Positions 46,283-53,258 of a DNA stretch of 64,000 nt are shown here, piece after piece. The notes below the pieces were generated by a model that saw nothing but the letters and a program-made list of their open reading frames with translations, did no database searches and had not been told where the DNA came from. The stretch's first letter is position 1; each line of letters begins with the position of its first letter. The position numbers were made by a program, and so were the translations under genes. Source of the stretch: a virus; IMG/VR virus record IMGVR_UViG_3300042880_000408, positions 6,736-70,735 of that record; one strand, 5' to 3'.

Positions 46283-46639
46283 TTGACGGTGGAAAAGATC
46301 AGCAAGGACAAGCAGTACAAAACGCGGGACGGTCGAGAGGTGCGGATATACGCGACTGATGGGGGTGGGGCATATCCAATTCACGGCGCGATAAAGCGTC
46401 CCGAAGGGTGGGTTGGTGCAACGTGGGGAAGCACTGGATACGTTTTCTCGCCGGGCAGGGGGATGCTTGAAGACCTCATCGAAGTCAAGCCGCGAATGAA
46501 GTTTGAGCGGTGGGTTGTAGTTTTTCCTACGGGGGCTTGCCATACGCACCTTGCAAAGCCAGATCCAGAATTTTTGCGTGATGCTTTTGCAGTCAAGCAC
46601 ATCGTTTTTGAAGTCGAAAAAGGCGAGGGGCTCGAGTGA
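46283..46639 (+). CDS. Conserved phage hypothetical protein
   Basis: YKTRDGREVRIYATD...YPIHGAI...DLIE; AGGAG RBS before TTG. Confidence 0.65.
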   Translation: MTVEKISKDKQYKTRDGREVRIYATDGGGAYPIHGAIKRPEGWVGATWGSTGYVFSPGRGMLEDLIEVKPRMKFERWVVVFPTGACHTHLAKPDPEFLRDAFAVKHIVFEVEKGEGLE

Positions 46640-46818
46640 TTGATCGCGAATGCTGCAACGTTTGTAATTTCATCATGTCCATCCTAGATTCTCTAGTTGT
46701 ATGGGCGATCGGGATCACTATTTACGCGCTGATCGTGCTTGCTGCTTTACTCTGGTATGAAGTGAGCATCGCGAGGGCGATACGCAAGATTAAAAAAGAG
46801 AAAGAGGTAAATAAATGA
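46636..46818 (+). CDS. Small membrane protein
   Basis: One hydrophobic helix; overlapping start/stop with neighbours. Confidence 0.5.
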   Translation: MIDRECCNVCNFIMSILDSLVVWAIGITIYALIVLAALLWYEVSIARAIRKIKKEKEVNK

Positions 46819-47207
46819 GTAGCGAGCAAGGTTTCAAGGGTATTCCAGGCGTGCCGGATGGCTGGGAGTTGTTGGCGATACGTGTACCAAAGAAAGGAGA
46901 GTGGTTTCTCGGTACTGATGGCAAACCTTTGCGAGCCGATCATGATCGCGGCCTCGTGTGGCCCATCATACGCAAGATCGAAAAGCCGAAGCAGTACCGA
47001 CCGTTTGCAAATGCGGAAGAATTCAAGCCGCATCGTGATCGGTGGACGATGCACCCACAAGAGCCGGACAAGCGATTCAGGCCGGGAGACTATAACGATA
47101 TAGGCGTGTGGAGCGACAATCATTCGTTTTACTCCTATGCCGAACTGCTAAAAAGCGGATTGTTGTTCGACGATGGCACCCCATTCGGCGTGGAGGTGAC
47201 AGAGTGA
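46815..47207 (+). CDS. Hypothetical protein, paralog of 38348-38809
   Basis: Shared motifs and visible nucleotide similarity in inverted orientation. Confidence 0.7.
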   Translation: MSSEQGFKGIPGVPDGWELLAIRVPKKGEWFLGTDGKPLRADHDRGLVWPIIRKIEKPKQYRPFANAEEFKPHRDRWTMHPQEPDKRFRPGDYNDIGVWSDNHSFYSYAELLKSGLLFDDGTPFGVEVTE

Positions 47208-47389
47208 GTAACGATAAACCGACAATCGAGCATTTTTCAAAAGTAGCGTCGGGGCTTGCCTACATTGGCGATCACATCGCAGCATTGCTCAAGGTAATTC
47301 AACGCTACGAAGTTGAGATCGAACGACTGCGAGCCGAAGTCAAGCGGCTTGAGGGCGAGCTTGAGAAGCTTCAAGACCGGACGGAATAG
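47204..47389 (+). CDS. Small coiled-coil protein
   Basis: GTGA overlap; EIERLRAEVKRL. Confidence 0.5.
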   Translation: MSNDKPTIEHFSKVASGLAYIGDHIAALLKVIQRYEVEIERLRAEVKRLEGELEKLQDRTE

Positions 47390-47406
47390 AGTTTCAGCGA
47401 AGGGTT

Positions 47407-47607
47407 TTGAATATGACCGAAGGAAGTAAAAGCATGGTTTGGTTGGCAATCGCGTTGATTGCGGTGATTTTTGTCATCGTCAGTTCGGAAATGCGCCGCA
47501 AACCAAAGAGCGATGAGATCTCCGACAGCTCGGAAGACCTGATGTCGCAAATGCAGTCAATTCAGCATACGATCCGCCGAAAAGCAGACGAAGATTGCGG
47601 CGAGTAA
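47407..47607 (+). CDS. Small membrane-anchored protein
   Basis: VWLAIALIAVIFVIV helix. Confidence 0.5.
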   Translation: MNMTEGSKSMVWLAIALIAVIFVIVSSEMRRKPKSDEISDSSEDLMSQMQSIQHTIRRKADEDCGE

Positions 47608-47639
47608 CCTCGTCGCAGTGCATCTTCAAAGACTGCTAG

Positions 47640-47667
47640 TTGCGTTGCAGGGTCTATGCGGTATAAT
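47640..47667 (+). promoter_or_regulatory. Putative promoter
   Basis: TTGCGT-16 nt-TATAAT with GGGTCTATGC. Confidence 0.55.
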
Positions 47668-47711
47668 GTAAGCTCAGGTTGTTTAGTTTCTGGTTTATGG
47701 AGGATGGTCAG

Positions 47712-48263
47712 ATGAAGTTTTCAAAGATGAAAACGCTCGTTGCGATGTTGATGGTCGTTTTGATGTCAGGGTTGATCTATGGACAAGATTGCGCAAGCGG
47801 ACAGTGTTCAAGAGTTCGAGGAGTCTTGTCTGCTCCAGTCGAAGGTGCTAGCTATGTACTGCGAACAGGAGCAGCAGTTACTCGGACAGCCGTTAATTCA
47901 ACGGTTGCAGTTGGTGAACGAATTGTCGATGCTACGGGAAACATTCTGGAAGCAACAGTTGATGGGGTCGGTAACATTGTTTATCGAACCGCCAGAGTCG
48001 CTACCGCCCCGGTACGATCCGTTAGTTCAGGACTTGCTGAACAGAAATCTCGGCAACAAGCTGCACGACAATCGTGTTGTCATGTCGGAGGATCATTTAA
48101 CGGAACTAGATATGAAGGTGTCGGTTTCTCGACTTACTCCGAAGAAGATGCAATCCGACGTTGTTGCTACTCCAACCGATCTATCCGAGAGAGTGGAGTT
48201 GCCTACGGATACAATCGACGGCTAGGAGCATGGGGATGGTTTGCAACCATCTTCTGTGACTAA
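47712..48263 (+). CDS. Secreted Cys-containing protein
   Basis: Signal peptide, QDCASGQC, CCHVGG...YEGVGFS...RRCCY; GGAGG RBS. Confidence 0.6.
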   Translation: MKFSKMKTLVAMLMVVLMSGLIYGQDCASGQCSRVRGVLSAPVEGASYVLRTGAAVTRTAVNSTVAVGERIVDATGNILEATVDGVGNIVYRTARVATAPVRSVSSGLAEQKSRQQAARQSCCHVGGSFNGTRYEGVGFSTYSEEDAIRRCCYSNRSIRESGVAYGYNRRLGAWGWFATIFCD

Positions 48264-48304
48264 CCTTCCTTACAAGGAAAGGTGGCAACTACCTAAGTTG
48301 CGAG

Positions 48305-48461
48305 GATCGACGGCGTGGACAGTGACACGCAGGCTGGCTCGATCGAGTGCATAGGGCTCGAGCTATACCAAATGCCGTAGATACTTGTGCTAAGCCGATA
48401 AGAGTTGAGCCTTGTTTCGGTAGCTCAGCAGTCTACTAACAGGTGTAATTCCTGTTCGATC
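48305..48461 (+). ncRNA. tRNA-like RNA, family member 2 (~90-nt insert in place of the anticodon loop)
   Basis: GATCGA/TCGATC; GCGTG-GACAGTGA-CACGC; AGGCTG/CAGTCT; ACAGG-TGTAATT-CCTGT; followed by a T run. Confidence 0.65.
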
Positions 48462-48471
48462 GTTTTGATTT

Positions 48472-48540
48472 TGCGGGTGGGCGTAGGCCCAACGGAGTTT
48501 CATAAGCTCCGACTGCTGGGTGCGACACCCAGACCCGCAA
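48472..48540 (+). tRNA. tRNA-Met/Ile(CAT)-like with a short D arm
   Basis: TGCGGGT/ACCCGCA acceptor; GGGC-GTAG-GCCC; CGGAGT-TTCATAA-GCTCCG; CTGGG-TGCGACA-CCCAG. Confidence 0.65.
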
Positions 48541-48542
48541 CT

Positions 48543-48656
48543 AGATCGGCGGCGTGGTGAGAACACGCAGGATTGTTCACGAAGATTACTGAGTGGGTGC
48601 GACCAAGTGTGAAATGGACAACCAGCACTATAGCGGATATCAGATCTGCCCGATCT
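48543..48656 (+). ncRNA. tRNA-like RNA, family member 3 (~35-nt central loop)
   Basis: AGATCGG/CCGATCT; GCGTG-GTGAGAA-CACGC; TTGTTCA/TGGACAA; GCGGA-TATCAGA-TCTGC; followed by a T run. Confidence 0.65.
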
Positions 48657-48683
48657 TTTTAACTTTAACCTCGGAACTGCGAC

Positions 48684-49070
48684 ATGCTTTGCAAATGCTG
48701 CGAAAGACCGCTATCCGCTTGCTATTTGAAAAGCGGCGAAAAGCATTGCAGTGCATGCTCTCGCGGGCTATCAGCCGGCTCGAAGTATTCCGAAATCGTG
48801 GGTGGCATGCTAAAGCGATCGAAAGATCATCGCACGATCAAACGTCTCGAGGTGCTTATTGCAAAGCACCAGAAGAACGAGTTGAGCAAAATGTCGGACG
48901 GCAAGGCTGATCGCTTGCGCAGGGTTCGAGAGAACATTCGACCGATGAAGCCAAGAGTTTGCGGTTATGGCGATGAATCAAAAGCAAAGTGGTGGTGCGG
49001 AACGTGCAACAGCCGCCTAAATGAAAAGCGTTGCTTGAAGTGTGAACTGGAAGTGATAAATGGAGATTAG
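48684..49070 (+). CDS. Zn-finger hypothetical protein
   Basis: CKCC...CSAC and CGTC...CLKC. Confidence 0.55.
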   Translation: MLCKCCERPLSACYLKSGEKHCSACSRGLSAGSKYSEIVGGMLKRSKDHRTIKRLEVLIAKHQKNELSKMSDGKADRLRRVRENIRPMKPRVCGYGDESKAKWWCGTCNSRLNEKRCLKCELEVINGD

Positions 49071-50169
49071 TGAGATGGAAGAGCAGAAGGTCGAGCAGTT
49101 TTGGCGTGACGCAGACGGTGCGGACGTTATGCGGGTGATGGACGGTCAGGGAGTTCAGGCGAGGTTTCGGGATAGGACAGACCGCAGTTGGAAGCATGGA
49201 CTGCTTTCAGGGTGGAGTAAAATAGACAAACCGGACGATCTTCAATGGGCATCATCCGAAGGTACGTTTTGGCGATTCTGCCAAGTCTACGACCCGCCTG
49301 AGTGGTACGTAAACAAGCCCGAGCCGGGCGAAGGGTGGAGACTGCTGGAGAAGTTTCCGCCGGAGCCAAAGCTAGGAACGGATGAGGTGTGGAGGCTTTT
49401 CAAAACGTGGGAGACGACTGCAAATGATAACGGCGTACAGGAAGAAGACTGCTGGTATCGCCGACGCATTGAAACGAAGCCGACGCAATGTGCTGAGCGT
49501 GTTTGCGGCCTGGCTGAGTCTACTGGAGTAACATGCCCGCACGATTCGTGTGATCTTGAAACGGGAGTCCGCGAAGCCAGCAATACGGAAATCTCGAATG
49601 AATCTTCCGAGTTAGTTGCGATTGCAATGCAAATGGCTTGCGAGGAATTTGGCAGGGGCGACGGAGTTTTTAACAGCGCAAATTTTGAACACGCTTGTCG
49701 GAAAATTGCTGGATCGTCATGCAGTCTTGATGGTCATGTTATAGCGTTCATTTTAGATGGTCGAAAAGATGTTGAAGTTTTGAAGGGCGGTAGGCATTAT
49801 CGATATCTGAAATACGCAAGTAGAAATTGTTCAGCCCAAGAGCAACAATCTAACAATCCTGAAATCCCGGATAGTTGCAACTCTTCGGAGATCTCGAACA
49901 GTTGCCGATCCAGCGACACAATACCAAGCGGTTGGCGCGTACTTGGAGAGGGCGAAGAGCGACTGGCAAGCGATGCGTATTGGTCGCTAGGGTGCAAAGA
50001 GTGGCTGTTGATCGGTGATGACCGGGTGGAGTACGCAAACGAGTTGCCGAAGTGGCACGCGATCCGGCAGGTAGTTGTAGCTGATTTCTTTTTGCTTGAA
50101 GGATATGACTACAGCATGCCAGGCGGTCAGACGATCCGCATTACCGCGAAAGGCTTTGAGGTGGTGTGA
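49060..50169 (+). CDS. Mosaic hypothetical protein
   Basis: 369 aa; two GWR.L modules and SN..EI repeats. Confidence 0.6.
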   Translation: MEISEMEEQKVEQFWRDADGADVMRVMDGQGVQARFRDRTDRSWKHGLLSGWSKIDKPDDLQWASSEGTFWRFCQVYDPPEWYVNKPEPGEGWRLLEKFPPEPKLGTDEVWRLFKTWETTANDNGVQEEDCWYRRRIETKPTQCAERVCGLAESTGVTCPHDSCDLETGVREASNTEISNESSELVAIAMQMACEEFGRGDGVFNSANFEHACRKIAGSSCSLDGHVIAFILDGRKDVEVLKGGRHYRYLKYASRNCSAQEQQSNNPEIPDSCNSSEISNSCRSSDTIPSGWRVLGEGEERLASDAYWSLGCKEWLLIGDDRVEYANELPKWHAIRQVVVADFFLLEGYDYSMPGGQTIRITAKGFEVV

Positions 50170-50393
50170 TGGCGCAAACAAAATGCAAACGGTGCGAGTT
50201 TGTCGATCAGATAATTTTGCACGGTAAGCCGCTTACAAAAGAACTTGTCGGCAATTACCAAGATCGGCTCGATGCACTACTCGACAGATCAGGCATGGAC
50301 ATTTCGCCATGTCACAAGTGTGGCATCGCGGTTATCTCAATTCCTGACGGTTTAACACTGTGCAAGCCATGCGCAGAAAAGGCAGGTAACTGA
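50166..50393 (+). CDS. Small Zn-finger protein
   Basis: CKRC, CHKC, CKPC. Confidence 0.5.
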   Translation: MMAQTKCKRCEFVDQIILHGKPLTKELVGNYQDRLDALLDRSGMDISPCHKCGIAVISIPDGLTLCKPCAEKAGN

Positions 50394-50395
50394 CA

Positions 50396-50896
50396 ATGCT
50401 GAAGATTATTCTAGAATGCGTATTGAACGGTCTTGCTAAGCTGTTCATGGTTTTTGTTGTAATCGGCTTGTTTGCTCCGGCTGTTTTTACTCTTTTGCGG
50501 CATTCAGATGAAGTGTTCGATTTTCCTGGGAACAAGAATTCAGCAATTCCCGAAGAACCGATCGATCAGATTACCGAGTCGATCGACGTTAGCACGGCAG
50601 AAGATGAGCGTTCAAGCAAGTGGCGATCTGTCAGGGATGATTTCGTGAGAAGGTTTCCCACCTGCGCTGCGTGCGGATCCACGAAGTCATTGAACGTTCA
50701 TCATGTAGTTCCGTTTCACACTCGCCCTGATCTCGAGTTGTACCCACCGAATTTGATTACGTTGTGTCGTGAGCATCATTTTTTCATTGGTCACGATCCC
50801 GATGGGCCGTGGAAACCTGGAAAGCCGAGCTGGTCGGCATCGAACCCTCTCGTTAGGCGACACTCCAGGCAGCACCTGGAAGGTCGCAAGTATTGA
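50396..50896 (+). CDS. HNH endonuclease with N-terminal hydrophobic segment
   Basis: RSSKWRSVR...CAACG...VHHVVPFH...NLITLC..HH. Confidence 0.8.
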   Translation: MLKIILECVLNGLAKLFMVFVVIGLFAPAVFTLLRHSDEVFDFPGNKNSAIPEEPIDQITESIDVSTAEDERSSKWRSVRDDFVRRFPTCAACGSTKSLNVHHVVPFHTRPDLELYPPNLITLCREHHFFIGHDPDGPWKPGKPSWSASNPLVRRHSRQHLEGRKY

Positions 50897-50923
50897 TCGA
50901 AGTAGCAATCATGGAGTATTTGC

Positions 50924-51586
50924 ATGTCCTATCTCAACGTAAACATCCCGTTCTTTTGGGGTTTTCTCGATACTGCGTTTCTGCACGACAAGGAACCCAG
51001 CGCGAAGAACGAGCGGATCCCGATGGAATTCTTCCTGTACACATCGATTCCGAATCGGTGCGGACTGTTTACCGGCATGAGCGAGTACGGAACTCAGCAT
51101 GCAAGGATCCCCATTCACTACATCCACACCGAGCCATCCGGAGGCAAAGACTACCCTCTCGATTTCCTGCAACTGTGGGACAGCTTCAGTTACCATTGCT
51201 CGGCGTTGACCTTTGACTACGTGAAGAATCGCAGTTGCAAGGTGCTTCTTAAAGATCGATCAATCGTCGACGGAACTTACATGTTCACGCTCGATTGGTG
51301 TAACGGAGGGTACAGCGAGATCGCTGCCGGTCACAAGACTGGTCACGTGATCAACGCAGACGGTCGCGTGTTCATTCAGCCCAACAACCGCATCGTGCGA
51401 TGGAATGACGGTGGTGCGTTTACAAGCAAGACGATCAAGGGGCGTCCCGACTGGAAAGTGTTCAGCCAGGAGTTTAGTTGCGAGGCATCTGCTGGTCGCT
51501 GGGTGGCCGACAGCGACGAGGAGCTGTATTGGTACGACTTCAAAGAAGCAGATGGGGTGGTTGACGGCAAAGCCCCAGGATCGTAA
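50924..51586 (+). CDS. Conserved phage hypothetical protein
   Basis: MSYLNVNIP...LQLWDSFSY...YMFTLDW...HKTGH...QPNNR; GGAG RBS. Confidence 0.7.
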   Translation: MSYLNVNIPFFWGFLDTAFLHDKEPSAKNERIPMEFFLYTSIPNRCGLFTGMSEYGTQHARIPIHYIHTEPSGGKDYPLDFLQLWDSFSYHCSALTFDYVKNRSCKVLLKDRSIVDGTYMFTLDWCNGGYSEIAAGHKTGHVINADGRVFIQPNNRIVRWNDGGAFTSKTIKGRPDWKVFSQEFSCEASAGRWVADSDEELYWYDFKEADGVVDGKAPGS

Positions 51587-52040
51587 CATTGGAAGTGCTG
51601 AGTGGATTCGGCACAGAGAAAGAGACATAATTCGATCATCAACATTCGCCTTCGGGCGTCTATTCGTGCGTGTCTCTTTCGCACCGCTCTCCCCTAAATC
51701 CACATCTGGGGGAGAGCACGTATATGGCATGAGTGTAATGCCGGGCAACCGGCGCTTGTGCCTGCAATCGTTTGAGCTTTTTGCCCGATCTGTGGAAGAC
51801 CGCCAAAGTGCATGGGATTGAGTCAGCGAAGCGTCCTACGGCGTGGAGGGGCTCTTAACCTCAAGGGTCGAACAGGAGCAGCAGGCTGGCGGCGAGTGGA
51901 CGCAGGAAGAGGGAACGGCGAGAAAGCAATGTAGGTTGCTCGCCTCTTAACTTTTCCGAGTAAGCTCGCTGGTCAGTACCAGGAAAATATCCTGGTTTCC
52001 GGCAACGAGCGAGATTGCATACCTTATATGGGCCTGGGGT
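51572..52040 (+). ncRNA. Large putative structured ncRNA (~470 nt)
   Basis: Terminal helix 51572-51585/52027-52040, about ten internal helices, cUUCGg and GCAA tetraloops, no convincing ORF. Confidence 0.65.
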
Positions 52041-52047
52041 GCGCCAA

Positions 52048-52656
52048 TTACTGAATTGTTGTCAGCTGCTCTGACTTCTTAGAATACCGCACAGCGGTGC
52101 GCAAGCTGACGCCAAGCACCTTTGCCACCTCTTCGTGAGTCAAGCCTTTCTTCCGTAGCTCTATCGCTTGAGCTGGATCAACTCCAGCCTTTACCGCTCC
52201 TGGCTTCCGTCCAGTGTAAACACCTCGTTCCTTCGCCGCTGCAATTCCTGCTGCTTGGCGATTTCTTCGAGAAAGCGTCTCCCACTTGGCTATAGTAAAC
52301 ATGATTGCAGCAAACATCTGCCCAATTGGGCCTGAGTAGTCCATCTGCTCTGATGTCGAGACAAGCCGAATTCCCTTCTTGCACCATTCACCAAGAACTA
52401 AAACTCCGTCGTGCATATCTCGAGAAATTCGATCGAGCTTGTAGACTACGACGGTGTTGATCGTACCGTTAAAAATGTCCTTCTGCAGTTGTTCAAACTC
52501 AGGACGCTTAAGCGTTTCTCCGCTTTCCTTATCGGTGTACCACATCGCATCGCTTGGATTGATTCCGTTGCCAGTCAACCACTTCATGACTTCTCGCCTT
52601 TGCCCAGCCTCATTCTGCGATGCCGTGCTAACTCGAATGTAAACCGCTACCGTCAT
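52048..52656 (-). CDS. Small serine recombinase (resolvase/invertase)
   Basis: YIRVST, DKESG...RP, VYKLDRISR, GIAAAKERG...GRKPG, C-terminal HTH. Confidence 0.93.
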   Translation of the reverse strand: MTVAVYIRVSTASQNEAGQRREVMKWLTGNGINPSDAMWYTDKESGETLKRPEFEQLQKDIFNGTINTVVVYKLDRISRDMHDGVLVLGEWCKKGIRLVSTSEQMDYSGPIGQMFAAIMFTIAKWETLSRRNRQAAGIAAAKERGVYTGRKPGAVKAGVDPAQAIELRKKGLTHEEVAKVLGVSLRTAVRYSKKSEQLTTIQ

Positions 52657-52702
52657 TGAAAATCTCCATTGCAATAAAAACCATCGATGAAAAACCATCG
52701 GA

Positions 52703-52742
52703 ATTGTACGTACGGCCGTAATTGTGTCAAGTAGGGTGGCAC
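52703..52742 (-). promoter_or_regulatory. Resolvase promoter / res-like site
   Basis: TTGACA-16 nt-TACAAT on -, overlapped by the inverted repeat GTGTCA-N7-TGGCAC. Confidence 0.6.
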
Positions 52743-52826
52743 GCTAATTGGCAAAGTATTGCTGAAGGGGGGGCATGTTGTTACGCTATCGAGTGTGATG
52801 CGTGACAGCGAAATGAATGGTGAATA

Positions 52827-53123
52827 ATGAAGCGGATCGAAGTAAAAACAGGATCGAAATACGGAAGTCTTACGGTCGTGCGCGAGGTTGCGAACCTTGG
52901 AAAGCGCAAATTCCGATGCAAGTGTTCTTGTGGAAACGAAGTTGACATCCGCCTTGATCACCTTCAAAGCGGTCACACCTCATCGTGTGGAAGTTGCGGA
53001 ATCGAGCATGCCGGCAAGAGGATGACGCTCAAGCAGTGGGCAAGCTTGTACGGACTCAAGGAATCGACTTTGAGGGCAAGGTTGAAGACGATGGACATGC
53101 GAGAAGCGTTGGAGCGATCGTGA
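52827..53123 (+). CDS. Truncated homing-endonuclease-like protein (DNA-binding ends only)
   Basis: G.KYG.LTVV...CKCSCGN...L.SG.TSSCG joined directly to GKRMTLKQWA...TLRARL; no HNH core. Confidence 0.6.
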   Translation: MKRIEVKTGSKYGSLTVVREVANLGKRKFRCKCSCGNEVDIRLDHLQSGHTSSCGSCGIEHAGKRMTLKQWASLYGLKESTLRARLKTMDMREALERS

Positions 53124-53129
53124 AACTTG

Positions 53130-53157
53130 TTGACACGGAAAATTGCTCAGGTATAGT
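53130..53157 (+). promoter_or_regulatory. Putative promoter of the packaging/head operon
   Basis: TTGACA-16 nt-TATAGT. Confidence 0.55.
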
Positions 53158-53194
53158 TTGGTTTCTTGCTCACTCACCAGAGCAAATCTCCAGG

Positions 53195-53227
53195 GGCTGT
53201 GTGACGCGAGTTACGCAGCCTTTTTTT
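53195..53227 (+). terminator. Rho-independent terminator upstream of terL
   Basis: GGCTGTGTGAC-GCGA-GTTACGCAGCC followed by T7. Confidence 0.8.
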
Positions 53228-53258
53228 ATTCACTAGGCGAATGTTGCAAGAGTGGTAG

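Noticed and set aside
48305-48656. CRISPR mini-array or tmRNA
   Set aside because: Shared parts are short structural arms rather than identical repeats with uniform spacers; too short for tmRNA, and a D stem is present
51260-51821. ORFs overlapping the structured region
   Set aside because: Frames shadow the upstream gene and lack motifs; helix density is better explained by RNA structure
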